64,000 nt of DNA from Phoronis australis (taxonomy: Eukaryota > Animalia > Phoronida), in assembly GCA_002633005.1 (NCBI GenBank), contig NMRA01000185.1, positions 659,297-723,296 of the forward strand, written 5' to 3'. Of this stretch, positions 1 to 13,705 are shown piece after piece (position 1 is the stretch's first letter; every line of letters starts with the position of its first letter). The translations under genes were made by a program, and so were the position numbers. The notes beneath the pieces were generated by a model. The model was not told where the DNA came from, ran no database searches, and worked only from the letters and a program-made list of their open reading frames with translations.

Positions 1-3000
1 GATTTAACATGCAGATTGAAGTTTGGTTGTGGTTTTCTTAATTAAACCGCGACAAAGCGATGCTCAACTGGTACCTTGAATGTGCCAGCTAGTAAAACAT
101 GAATTTAAGACATTAGCGAATCCAAGATGTCCCGGCGTAAGGGGGGAGCACAACATGCAGATATGTTTTTGGTCAAGTTCATGGCGGGGGCAGGTCACCA
201 AAATCCAGCAGTACAATGTTAAACTGCAATCAAATGTTGACGAAATTCTGAGTATTGAACCCTGCAATGAGTCGAGTCTAGCCCCCGAATCACCTGGAGA
301 AATCCGACTCCTAGAGTATCTTAACCCCAGTCGAAGCATGCTGCGAATAGAATAACAAAGTTCTGAGGTCACGTGCCGCCAACCGAGGTTGTATCGCGAT
401 ATTTTGGTTCAGACGTCGTTTCGCTTATCATCAGAAAACTGTTGACCCGATAGTTTTTTGTGGTGGGCGCATCACTGTACAATTAACCCGAGTATGATCT
501 CTGACACGATATAATGATAATGACACATCGACAGCAGCTGTAGGTCGGAATTTTCAACTTTTACAGAAAATCAGCACCCCTTTTAACAATAGCCGGGTGA
601 TGCTTAGCTTGTAACATTATTCATATCAGTGAGATAGTATTGTGGAAAAGTTCTCCATCAAGAGTGATCGAGAGCAAGTCACGTGCTCGCTGCCAGTCAC
701 CTGCTCACTGCCAGTGCGGCTCCTACTAAGATGATGATAATTCACGGTGGTGACACACATATCTCTCGGGTCGCGATTGTGACTTGGAATCGCAATTTAA
801 ACCCATTTTTAAGATTAGATGCCTTGGACCTATGACCCAAATGGGTCCTAGCTTTGACATATCCGTTCGCGGCCCATAGGAAATAGGTGAATATCATCGA
901 CCACTGTGTACTATGTCCTATGATGAGCTTGTTTCGCGATAGTTCACTAGCTGTATATGTCATTACACGTAACAGTTCTCGAACAAAGATTGATATCATC
1001 ATGACAACAAATTTACGAACATTACTGATGGTATTTCATGGACTATTCGAAAGTACATGTTAAAATCGACTCGCATATCGAACGTCTCGGACTTTTACAG
1101 ACACCAAACCCAATTCTAAACAATTCTCGTGCCGACTGCCGTGTTTAACAATAGCCGTTTTGAGACGAGTACGAGCTGTTATTGCCGCGCCAAAATATTT
1201 CAGCGGTTTCTACCAAACATCATATTATTAGGCACAAAGAAACTTGTTAAAAGCGTTAGCAACAAAGTAGTTAGAAGAAGGAATTGGCCAATTATACCGA
1301 AATGTTAATGGGACGTTTATTGTCACTCATGAATAGTTTCGTGACAGCAACGTACGGCTGAAATGAACAATTTATTTGTACCTGTATAATTTAGAGGGTC
1401 CTCCTCTACAGTGATTACGGTGCTCTCTTGACGCTAGCAAACTAATACCAAAAGACGAGACGAAACGATCAATCCTTACTTTTCAAATACTATAATTTGT
1501 ATCCAAGGATTTTTTGTTAACTACTTGATCCAGTCATCCTTCAGAGGGTGACAGAATTAGAAGTTCTGTTTTTGCACAACAACCAATTTTACAAAAATTA
1601 AATTTAATGTGAAACGATCGTTATATTTGGCTGAACTCATTAATAGTGTCACACACCCGAATATGTTTTAGCGCTAACGACGAGCACCACTGGTTTTTAT
1701 ATAGGTTGGTGTCAATTATTTACGTATTTATCTTTCCAAAATGTGCCTAGAGTTAATCATTGCATAGGTTAAAATCGCTAACTGCCGCAGCAAACGCAAT
1801 TCTACAGGTTGAAAACGTGTTGACCTGCACTCGCGTCTTATCCATGTTTTGATTGGTTAATCAAACCATTTTTAATTGCCACCAAGTACGACATGTAGCG
1901 GTTTGTTTTCTAAACACCCGACAAGATGTATTCAATTTTAATGAACTGTAGACTCTACTACGTGTCCAACGTCCATCAAATAGCAGACAGGAGGGATTAG
2001 ATTTTATCCCTTTTCAATCACTGGCTTAAGGAAAAGTACACTCCCGTGTGGAAAGCCTGAATTACTATTTTGTACCAGAATTGCTTTCACAAATTGTATC
2101 GATTCTCATTCGAAGGCTATATGAGTAACTGTATCAGCAAATGTTTACAAAACTATAAGAAATCCATTATGAAACTAGAAAGTCTACTGAATTTGATTTT
2201 GGCCTGAATGCCAACCTGCCCAATGACTGAAGCACTTGACCGTGACGTTTTAGAAAAGTTAACAAAATGAAAAAAAACGTTCATGGCAAAACAATGGTAA
2301 CAACAATAAGTTGACAAAGTTTCTTTGGCAAAATAAAATCTCAAAAATCCTGTCATAGTTTTCTAAATTTTCTTTTCGTTTTATTTCATGAAAGCTTTTT
2401 TCTTAACATAACAATTGAACCCAAGCTTTGAGAGCAAACACGAAACATTTTCAAAAAGGCGTTTTGGACAATAGTGCATTATTTCCATTTCTAAGACGCG
2501 ATGTTCCTAAATTAGCCGAAATTTGACATTCCCGAGGGGTTTCTCACGGCCATTTGCAAAATGTGTCCAAAATCTCTTGGTCTATTTGCACTTAAACCTC
2601 TACGATGATTCGATCATTTCTTCAGGTAATATGGCGTTGTTAGAAGAACGACACCGGATGTGGTACACTCAAACCGGATGAGCAATTTTTAGGAATTTTC
2701 TTATTTTTTGGGGGGCACAGAGGAATCGGAACAAAGGACGTCTCCACGGGGAACCAGTTTTCTCCACTGAATAACTGGTTCTCAAAATCTGTAACGCCCG
2801 ATTCAATAGCCATTCTGCGCTGCCCGAGCACGTCGTTACTGTCACAAACAGCCAACGGTGAAAGATAACGGACTCAAAGCCGGACAATTGTTCGTAATGG
2901 TTCTTATTAACCTTTTAAAAATATTTACACCCAGTTCCCCTGTGGCGAGTCAGAAGATTAACTTACTTGTGGCGAGTTTTAGAAGACATTGTAAGGGTTG

Positions 3001-4139
3001 AAAACAGTCAGGCAATGCCAGCGGAAAGGTCACTCAGGCTTTGTGTATTAGGTTTCTCAATATAACCAGCAACCGCCCGATCACTCTAGCGATGAATCAA
3101 GCGCAGCGGATTGCATATTGTACAGTTGGTAATCAACACTACAATGGCGCCGCCTTTCGAACAGTCAAATATCAACAAATAACTTTTGAATAGAAGTGCT
3201 CTCCTTCTCGTCACGCAAATAATTAGCTTGGCTTTTAGGGCGAAAGATTAACGTTAAAGCCGAGGAATTAGTCCGAAACGACAATAGAGTGCCTCCGACG
3301 ACTACAAGACGGTCATCCGAAATGAGGTTGACAACGTGACAATCAGTGTGGGCTATCTCATCTGTGTCTGCAAATAACAGGTTCACAGTTGGATGGATAG
3401 ATTAAAACAGGTATTAAGATGAAACCTCATACATTGTGCTGCAGTCGTTTAGAGCAATGACTGGAGGCTCGATGGTTCCCTGCGTGTCCGCTAAGGGGTC
3501 TCCTTCCCCCTAGCGGACATGTAGAACGAGAGTGCCTGGCGATTGTTCGAGAGTGGGTAGAAAGCGTTAACCATCACAAGACTTCCTTTAAGTTTTAACT
3601 AAAACAAAAACAGAGCGATAAAGCCCGTATGGAAGTCCTATAATTGGTGGTCTTGTAGTTTTCTTTAGACAGTGTGCTCGCATAATTAGTTGTTCCGCTA
3701 AAACAACACGATATGCTAAACCGCATGAGTATGACTCAACACGCCTTCCATTTGACAATTACGTATTGATTCCTAACTCGGTGATAGAAAATTTAGCCGA
3801 GATCCTATGTCACAAAAATTTATTTTGTTTTAAAACAAATTACACATGGTTTATACCGTTTATTGCGGAATCGCACAGCGGCGACTACTTTTTGAATAGA
3901 CGCTCCTTAATAGTTTATTATTTCTTCTCTTAGTAAGTTATTGTTTCAGTCTAAATTTAATATCTGCAGTTATTTGTTTAGATAACGAGTAGTTGTATAT
4001 GTCAACTACTTTGAAATTTGTTCGCTTTGAGACTGTTCACATAACAACACGACCTTTGAGTGATATTATCACTTACGATTTCATGATTAAAAACTTAAAA
4101 TTTCCAGCGTGAATTTGGTGACTTCACCAGCCGGGTATA

Positions 4140-4900
4140 CGAGTGTTAATGTTATGTAAGCAAGTCTACAAAATTAGAGATTTTTACTCAATAAAAGTAC
4201 ACATTTTCGGAAAGTATAAAGTTTGTAGAATCGGCTTTTTGACTCTTAACCAATCTGCCTAGAAATGGGTCACGTGACCATGTCTTTACTAAAATTCAAG
4301 AAAAAAAGAAAGGCACATTGATAGTAAAGCAACAGAATCAACAACATGGCGGCATGTGATACAAATGTTCAGGATAGAATCTCAACAACGCTGTTACAAT
4401 TTTCCAAAGTAAGATTTCTTTTTCAATTGAAATAACTATTGAGGTTTTCAAGAAAATCAAGTCCTATTTTGAAAGCCCCTCGTGCAAAAGTGGAACATTT
4501 TAAAAATAATAGCATTTTTAGGGCAGTGCAGTGCACAGTATGTGAACGTTTCATATGAATCTGATATCATGGCCAGAAGTTGACCAAATTTGGACATTTC
4601 TCAAGCATCCTTTATAGCTTTAAAGTCACAAACGTAAAGTCTGACGGCAGACCTGGGCCCCAAACACATACTCATATGGCATGCATACAAATTTGTTCTC
4701 GAATCGAGCTGCGTGATTTGGCTAAAAGCCATAAAAACTTACTCTTGTTTTAGACAACCAACAGTTCATTAATACGGTTGGTAACAAATTGTTCCTTAAG
4801 TCAAACTAGACTTCTGGGCTTGTAAATAACTAACGGTTTGTTATTGCTGAAGACCAGTTTCCAAAGTTGACTTGTCACGGCGTGTCATTTTATTCGCCAA
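4140..4900. repeat. Old dispersed repeat, copy 1 (inverted homologue at ~11520-12860)
   Basis: gggtcacgtgaccatgtctttactaaaattcaagaaaaaaagaaaggcacattgata (~4267) and acttgtcacggcgtgtcattttattc (~4870) match the reverse complement of ~12710-12790 and ~11521-11550 with many mismatches. Boundaries are approximate. Confidence 0.55.
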
Positions 4901-4937
4901 GCACGTTCTCTAGCAATAGTGAACTGACAGTTCTTTA

Positions 4938-5148
4938 CATGCGCGCACTCAGCCTTCAATATGGGGGCTCGAATTCCTAACGTTGTGTACCTTTTGGTAA
5001 CAAAATAGCCGGCGAACTAAAAAAAAAACGGGCGCACCACTGTGAATTATGCTTGTTGAGACTTTTGTCTCATTTTCTCGGACTTTTTGTTTCTCACAGG
5101 CGGACCTTTTTGCCCACTTCGCCACTTCGAGCCCCCNGTGCGCGCATG
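4938..5148. mobile_element. MITE with CATGCGCGCAC terminal inverted repeats
   Basis: catgcgcgcac ... gtgcgcgcatg ends. A related copy ends at ~11451 (gtgcgcgcatg) and shares the internal ggggctcgaatt and cggactttttgtttctc blocks. Confidence 0.5.
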
Positions 5149-6149
5149 CCTTACAAAGCCAAATATCACTTCCGCGTTAGGAAAGGCAAGTGATATATAT
5201 CAAAAATGGCTTCTTTGGCCTACAACCCGACTCCCGGCTGCGACGGAACGCGATATTTGAGTCTGAATCGAGACCGAGTTCGGAGATTATATCCTGGGCG
5301 CTGATGAAGTGTCATTGACAATAACCACGGACAGGAGTGATGAAGTTAGCCCACCCTGTCTTCATCCTAGGCTAAAACTTTTGGGGAGAAATAACTTTCT
5401 CGTTTCAAATCTCGACAAGCAAGACTTCGCTTCAAGCTCAGTGGAGCTTTTCATATAATTCTTTCAACTACTTTTGCTAATTCATGTGATATTGCTGTAG
5501 AAATAACGACCCCGAGGCGATTACATGGACCCCAGTAATTACGCGTAATCCAATCAATTCACCAATAGCTCTGCAATAAACAAACTCACTCGTATAACCC
5601 TGTTTTGCAATTCATTTACGCATAGAGTTACGCACAACAACTGCGGCGTGAGTTATATACACATAGTGGTCGTCGATGCATTCAGCGAGCTGATGGATTT
5701 CGCACGCCGTATAAAATTTCGACTCTTAGCCCCGGGGATGAAAACTTGCGTTGATAATCTCGGCGCCAACTGTGCTGTCAGGATTCCCAGCACATGGATA
5801 TAAAATCGATACAAGTTTTGTTCACTTGACGCCAAAACGTACTGAGACACGCACGATGTGACATCACAAACATAGCGAACTCCTCTGTGCTGCAATAGAA
5901 TAACAAACTCACTGCAAAGACCGCATAGAAGGAAAGCTTACTTTCAACTTCCCCGCGGCTGTCTTCATATCAATGGGATAAACCCCTTGCATCGTAGTTC
6001 TCCATCTAAGATCTACTCTACTCTCTCTCTCTCCATCTAACTCGTAATTAGGGGCTAGGAACAGTGACGTCCGCCTGTCGTGATCTCTGCTTGACGGACC
6101 TTAGTACTCGTGACACATTGAATCATGTTCCCTTTTTCTCCAGCACCAC

Positions 6150-6550
6150 AAGAAACATATTAGACGATGCAAGTCATGAACGATTCAGTTTTCTCCACGG
6201 CTTCTCCTCACATGGCCAGATCCCGTCTCCGCCATTGTTTCCTTCAGTCAGTGGAGGGGTTGAGCTAATCCAACAACCACACCAGGTGATTCAGTAAATA
6301 TTCCTCTGCCAAATTGATAACGAAAAAAGCACAGGATCGTCAGCAAAGTTCATGCATCGATTCAGAGAGGGTGCAGGGGTCTGGACCCCTATAAAGTTCT
6401 TCTCACGTCTTTCCTTGTCAGACTCCTTCTGACCACGATTCTGTTACCGCGCCAATGGTAATGGCGACGATGCTGACAAAAGTGTAGGCACTGACAACAA
6501 AGACCTACACGTTTTAGGATGATTCTTGTCGGAAAACCAAAAGAAAACAA
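6150..6550 (-). mobile_element. Heavily decayed RTE-like LINE 3' ORF remnant
   Basis: Minus-strand peptides VPTLLSAS and (W)SGHVRR resemble the RTE C-terminal motifs PTLLYGSE and RWAGHV.R. Frameshifted and containing stops. Confidence 0.25.
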
Positions 6551-8697
6551 TGTGGTCGTCTCTCGGGGTCTCTGTCGTTTCTGTGGTCTGAGGCAACACC
6601 GTCGGAAAAGAACCAGAGTAGCTAGGATAACCGACTCAGGCCGCGGCGACATTGTGGTTTACAAAGGGTACAGTTGTTTCAGTTCGGTCGTGTAACAATC
6701 CTTTTAGTAAAAACAATCAACTATTCGTGAACTCCACAGTTAAAATTGTAATCCACCAATTCTTGCGTATGTCAATTTAATCGTATCAGCAAAGCGCTGT
6801 CACGGACATCAGGCGGTGGTTCAAAATGACTAAAAACCCACACGCTATCACGAGGAAAAATTTCGGATTTTGAACACTTATCGTTGTTAAACCGGTCGCA
6901 AATTGCTCCTCAATCAGACTGGACATAACTCAAATTCGAAAAAGATTTTGATTCCTGATTAATTTTAAAAAACGTCACTGTACCACAGCATGTTCTCGTA
7001 GATCCTGGTAAACTCATAAACCAATTATCATCAGGTAAAGAACAAGCCGGGACCATTTTGATAACGGTAACTGATTTAAAACAAAAGTTCGCATTTAAGA
7101 CGGAACACGGTTTTATAACCGCTCACATTCTGGCAACAATAATTCAGCTTGAAACCATGTAGGAAGAAACTATACCAAAAAGGCAGACGTTCTTCTATAA
7201 GAGAAATTGTTATCTTACGAAATAACTTCGGATATTTCTCAAGTTTTAGCTCGTGCACTGATCTCGAGTACCTAATTGTTCGCTTAGAAAAGTCGACCGA
7301 GAACACGACCTGGTCCGTCGCTGCTCGTTTCATGATCGTGAACTCCCGAGGCGCTCCATTTAAAATATGTGACATTTCTGAATTGCATGCTATTTGATAG
7401 GTAAGAAAGAGTTCATTGAAAACTAGCTCGTGTAGTTACTACCTCGATAATTCCTATGATTAGAGCGCAAGGCAAGTCTACACAAAGACCCTCTCAAATA
7501 TCACTGGCAACAGTTGAGATGGCGAGGGGACCAATATTTCTCAGCCTGTGAAAAGGACATTTCACAAGACGTTTTCTAAAAACGCTTTGATATTTTGTCT
7601 AAACTGTTACGATACTTGACGTTTACATTCCCGTTGTCTGAAGAAAAGTTCAATTGGAATCAAGACATCAACAACGACGGTAACATTGAAAATAATCCCA
7701 GAGAGGTGAAGAATTTTGACTTCAAAAGTTAAATAGCATGCAAAGCTATTAATGTGAAAAGCCCTAGTTAGCTACACTGGGGATCGATGGCCTTGTGTCA
7801 GCGAAGAGACGTGTTGTATATTAAATATTTAGTAAATTAAGTCGGCAAACACAACCACTACGTCAAATTTACTCAAGTTAAAGCTGAACCCACTTGGCCA
7901 CACTAAGCCGTCAACTGACTCCGTTAGACAACCTCCGTTCATTGTTTAAGTTACTGAAGTCCACAAGCTTTCACAAAATTAATCCATACTAAACACTCAT
8001 CATGCATCGAGTAAGGAGGCATCGGGCGAAATAATGGACGAGATTTTAGGTTTAGGGTAAACCTTTCACCACGAAGCATAGACAAATAAACTTGCGCACT
8101 GGCGAATGGCCGGAGATAAGGCCACTAATATTTCAACTTAGTAGACGAACTACGAACAAGAAATGAATAAGAAATAGGTCTCTACGAAGTATTATGATTA
8201 ATATTTTGACAAAATGCAAATCATTGTGCATCCGCAGTTTTAAATCAGTGTTATTTTTAAAGTTTCACCTCACAACTGTTAAGCATGGTCCCTGTATGTG
8301 AACATTTCGTATCCTAGGTAGCATTCTTAAAAAAAAGTGAAACAAAACTCGTCTTTAACACGCTCTTGTCTTTGGCAGTCACTCAAAAACTTTGTCGCAA
8401 TAAAAAGCAAAACAGAGATCGCCATGACATAACTCAAGCTAACGTAAAAACTGTTCTTTATAACTGAGGCTATTAAGAGAATGACTCGAGAGTTTCAGAA
8501 AGCTGGTACGCAAAAACATAAGTATTTGCGTAAGTTGGACGGCGTATAAGACCGTGAAGCCCTTATGGTACAAGGGATGAAGTAGTCGAAAACACGCGCA
8601 AGAAAGTAATAGTTCAGTAGCTCGCAAGCCGGTTACTCACTCGTCGTGAACCGGGTTTTTAAAACGCAAAAACTAACGATTAAAAATGAATTCTTAC

Positions 8698-8749
8698 CTG
8701 TGGAAAGTATTAACAACGCTCCTATGCAGGCCCGCATGCTAAAGAGCAT
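8698..8749 (-). CDS. Candidate first coding exon encoding a signal-peptide-like sequence (MLFSMRACIGALLILST, phase-1 intron)
   Basis: ATG at 8749-8747, 17 hydrophobic codons plus 1 nt, then a strong donor CAG|GTAAGA. The upstream region is CpG-rich with ATGCAAAT (~8904) and CCAAT. No downstream exons were recognised. Confidence 0.3.
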
Positions 8750-11519
8750 AGGTCGCGCCTTTCTAATCTGGCACAACAGCGCTTGATTGTCTTAACCCCC
8801 TGATCCTGTTAGTCAACGAGTCTCCTTCACAAACAAACGGAGAGAATTCACAGACGTCTACCGTTGACATGCACGGTCCACGCTAACATTCCGAAGGTTC
8901 ATTATGCAAATCAAGCGTCCAATCGCCGTGATAAATCGTTTACTTTTAGCGAACCTGTCGCAGGCGACAGTGCGGAATAGCAGACGATAGTTCTAACGAA
9001 TGTACCTCCGTTTCATTGCCAATTCCGAATGCGCTGTTCACCGCACGTCACGGCGACACTTGTCGACGCAGTGATTGACTCGCGAATAAACGAAGATTAC
9101 GGCAACGCTGTACTTAAATAGTACCCGTCTATAATCGTGGACCTAATGGTCTAGTTAATTTGACAGACAAGAAAACCCGAGGTCGGATTCAATTTCATGG
9201 CGGTGTTTGTGAGATAAGCCAGAAGGGCTCGGAGCGTCCAAATACCTCAGTATTTGAAGATGAATTGTAAAAGGTTGCGCGGAGTCGTATTTTGATTGTC
9301 CGGGGGGGGGTACTTTTCTCATTTGACTCCGTAAGCGATTCCCCAACGGCCTTTTTTTGTTCACCAAGAAAATAATACGAGTCAAAATTACTAGCTTTGT
9401 CACTGGATTTGACTGAATTATTGGAACAAGCCAAAAATCAAAACATAGTTTTGATAAACAAAGTACTGAACTCACATATTTTGTTAATTCCTGTTGTCTT
9501 GTAATCGACATCTTATCGAAAAACTGCCACATGTTTGTAAAAGAAGAAATTCATAAATTGCAAATATAAATACTCATAGTGCGTCTAGACTTGCAATTAA
9601 TTCGTCCTCGTCTTGGGGACTTCGACTGCCCGATCTCATGGCTAGTGACTTGCGCACTGTGTGTCACACGAACCACGTTTCTTGCAGTTTTGTTTTCTGG
9701 GGCTTTTGAGCAGTCGTCTCCAATGTATGTTGAATTAGTAAAACAATGCCATTAAAAGTGACCGGCAATATTTTCTTGTTAGTAAAATTTCTTCTCGCGA
9801 ACTCCGTTGAAGCCGCCAAAAGATGGTCTACTTAGACAAACTGAGCGACGGAAGCTCCTGGCGGTTCGATAGACGCGAGAGATCTCGCTAACACGTAATC
9901 ACATAAGACCAATTATGCACAAGTGTTTCCCAAAATAGTTAAACAGACGGATACGATTGTTGTCGCAAATTCATTGTATTTTCAGATGCGATAAATGTTT
10001 CAGGGCTATGGAACGAAGGATGTGAAACGATACGACCGTATTTTAAAAATACGGTCTTATCGTTGGTAAACGAAAAAGCTTTATTCAACGTAATTACACG
10101 ATTTAGAGCCACCCCCCGTACTAAAAGCGCAAATCGACTTATTAAGCCGTGCACATTTGTAAAAATATGTTTGATACAGTTATATTTACATTTGCGATAA
10201 CAGGATTATCGTGTCTGGTCGGCTGGGTAAAACGATTAGTTAGTTATGACAGCGAACTATTGTCAACGAGTAACTCCAAAGTATTACATTCGCAAGAACT
10301 AGCTGAATGATGCATAATAATATATATTGCACTCATACAAACCAAACCAACGACTATTCACTTTGATGTCATTTTATAAGTTCGACTTAATCTCGTATGC
10401 TGTTTTAGTGCCTGCGTGGCCCCTGGATGTAGGGCCTGACACCAGGTCGCATTCGGTGTGGTAGGACGTCGGATTGTATGTGATAATTCAAAAAATCTTG
10501 CGCAATTCAGAGAACGCCGAACAAAATTACCGAACAGGCAAAGCGCTTCGTTTATGAACCCCGGGTTTCTCAGCACCTGAAAGATCCGGCAGACAACGTC
10601 TAACTGAATTTCACCATAATAAGAGCTGGTCTCAGACTATAATATTCTGAAATCAATAATTTCATTTCCTGAAACTTCGTATTCCTCGTTTTCTTTGGTT
10701 GGAACTTTTTCTCGAAAGACCGAATTGTTTGATGTATACGCAGACATACGAACAGACAGTTTGTTGATATCCGGGGATTCGTGTACGCCAGAAAAAGCTC
10801 ACAAGGCGAGGAGATTCTCAACTTACTAATTAAACGCACTGAAAACAAGTGCACGCTCTTGGCATCTATCCTATGTTCGCGCAATTAGTCACATGCACCC
10901 ACTTCCGAAATGATGAGTTTTTTCAAAGAAAATATTCGCTCAAGTATACAGCGTACACCGGCATGTTGTCATACGGGCCTAGGCTTCACGCACAGGTGCA
11001 GACGGCAATAGTGACTTGCAGAGACCTCGGATTTTGACCATTATGCCCGTCAGTAATCAGTGACGAAAACTGGTGCTCAAAATGCGGTATCCCCGGCCTG
11101 CAAAATTACCGTACAGACAACTAATCATTGCACAGGTGCACACGTGGGTGATTCTGTATATCCTTTGCCCCATTTTAGCAGTTTTCACTGCAAGCAGTGA
11201 TACCTGTGCTCACCCAGTCTTAACAAATGGAAAACGAGGGGCTCGAATTTTTGAGAATGTGCATCTTTTACTGAGAAAAGCGGGGCACGTTCACAGCTAT
11301 GAGTTGTGCATCCGCCGAATTTAGGTAGTTCCTGTCTTGTTAGTAGACTTTTGCCTCGTTTTCTACTTTTTTCGGAGTTTTTGTTTCTCTGAGGCAGACA
11401 CTTTTGACCACTTCGCCAAATAGGGGGCTCGTTCGCCCCGGGTGCGCGCATGCACTAGCTTAAACACAGGTTCCTTCCAAAAAGCGTGCTTTTGATTTAG
11501 ACCCCCCCCCGGGAAGCCA

Positions 11520-12860
11520 TGATGAATAAAATTTCATGCCGTGACAAGCCACCTTGTAGAGTCTGGTCTCGAGCAAAAACGAAGTGTCAGTTATTTGGGA
11601 ACCCTAAAATCAAATCAATTTTGAATTCGAGACAAATTTCATCACGGAAAGCGGTTTAAATTAAAACATTTTTTGTGATGGAAGTCGTGTTTAAAGCAAT
11701 TTTAAATAGCAATGTTAAATCGATTACACGTCAACTTCAACCGTTTTGCAACAATAAGTCAACTTTCACCAAATTTTCCTAATTGATTTCACCAAAAAAA
11801 TCCCCTTATTTGCGCCTAATTCTAGATTTAGAGGGAGACTGGTTCGCATACAGGCGAACATACTGGGCATACAGTACTTCGCTCACCTCTCAAGGCCTCA
11901 TCGAACGTCCACAGACGTGTTCTCAGTTTTGAGGTTGTCCCCGCTTCTCAACTACTAAACGTGCGTGGAGATGACGTCAGTATACTTAACCACATTTGTT
12001 AAGTTTTCAAAATAACCGCGACCATAAATGTCTGTGTGATCTCCACCAACATGTAATTGAGCACAAATGGCGCACTAAAATATACATAAAATGAATCCGT
12101 TTACCAAATTAAGCAGCCTCTACTTTTCGATAGGCGACTTGGGCAATGGTTACCAGCATACGTTTGATAAACTAGAGACACCTATTGGGAAGAGTGGTCC
12201 GCTCCCCCTCCTCAACCATGATAATGGAGAAAAGTATATTAGTCGGTTATTTGGTCAGTACCCCGACTCACTCTATTCTGAAAAACTGCACAAAGGTACG
12301 CAAGCCAGTATAAGTAAGGTTTCACTGAGTCATAATTTGCCATGCGATGCATAATTAGGTTTAGATGCAAAGATGCACTGACCAGAGCTCGAAAAGTTTA
12401 CAGTTTGGTTATTAGGTTGTGTGTAGGGCCCCTGTAAAAGATCAATAATAATACCACGACTCAGAAATAGCTTATCAGACTCATGTGAAAATTTCAAGTA
12501 CTATGCTTTATGCACTGTTCTCTAAAAACTTGTTAAAAATCGTCTTTAAAATGCTCCACATTTTCATGAAGGGCAATAAAATAATACTTTTCTGATTTTC
12601 ATGAATGAACTCCGAAGTTGCGTGAAACGAAAACGAAATATTTTAGAAAACAATAACAGCGTTTCTGAGATCTCATGTTTAAAATTTACAGCAAATGAGG
12701 TTCCATGATGTTCTTGATACCGTTGTTTTGATATCAATGTACTTTTCTTTTTTGCTGAACTCTAGTAGACACATGGCCACGTGACCCAATTGCTAACAGA
12801 TTGGTAAAAAATCAAAAATCAAATTCTTCAGCCTTTCTACTTTCATATGATTTTACTGAG
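11520..12860. repeat. Old dispersed repeat, copy 2 (inverted relative to 4140-4900)
   Basis: Reverse-complement similarity to 4140-4900. It terminates at a perfect hairpin at 12863-12906. Confidence 0.55.
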
Positions 12861-13705
12861 TTACGGAACTAATAAAGTGTATTAAAATACACTTTATTAG
12901 TTCCGTTGTTCGATGATAGTTCCAAATTTAGATTCCATTTCTCATCAATGGCAAAATCAACATGGAAGCTCACAAAGACACACTCTTCGCAACAAATGAG
13001 TTTGGAGGCAAAAAAATTCTACTAAACCAATGCTTCGGTAAGACAAACTCGAACTGTCCAATGTCATAAAATTAAATGTTTGCACAGTTGTGTCCTTTCT
13101 TAATATCAATTGGATGAAATATAATAAAACTCAAAAGATCAATGCAGTGGTTTAACTCAAGTGTAGGATACAAAACCCTGTTTTGATGCTTTCAACCAAT
13201 CCTCATTGCATCACCTGCTAATGCATCATTGGTGTCCTTATTGACAGATAAAAGCAGGAATCAACTAAGAACTCATTACACCCCATGTTACAGTTTGGAT
13301 ATCATACGTTACTCTCTGCTGTCAGCCACACACATCAGTGAGGTACGTCTAGAGATACCGAAAACAAAGTGCAGGCCAAATCCGTAGCAACTTAAGCGGC
13401 ATGGACGTTCCACACAATGTGCAATGCATTTTCAATGAAAACTGAAAATTTTAAAACCCGCATTGTTTCCAAAAGAAAAAAATGTAGATGTCGCTACCAA
13501 GCTTACTGCACGAAAACTGAAAAGCGTCATACTTCACAAAGTAGAGGGCCAAGATTGGGCAAAAAGCAACAAAAATAACGAGTTTGTGTATTCTGCGGTC
13601 TAATCCGTTTAACCTCAGATATTTACTGCGGTACAATGGAAACACTTGACAATTTACTACCGTTGCTCGTCTTACCAAACCCGGTTTATGTCCATGAACA
13701 GATAT

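Noticed and set aside
64-372. Overlapping 102-aa and 91-aa ORFs as a coding exon
   Set aside because: No recognisable domain and no convincing acceptor. It cannot be supported from sequence alone.
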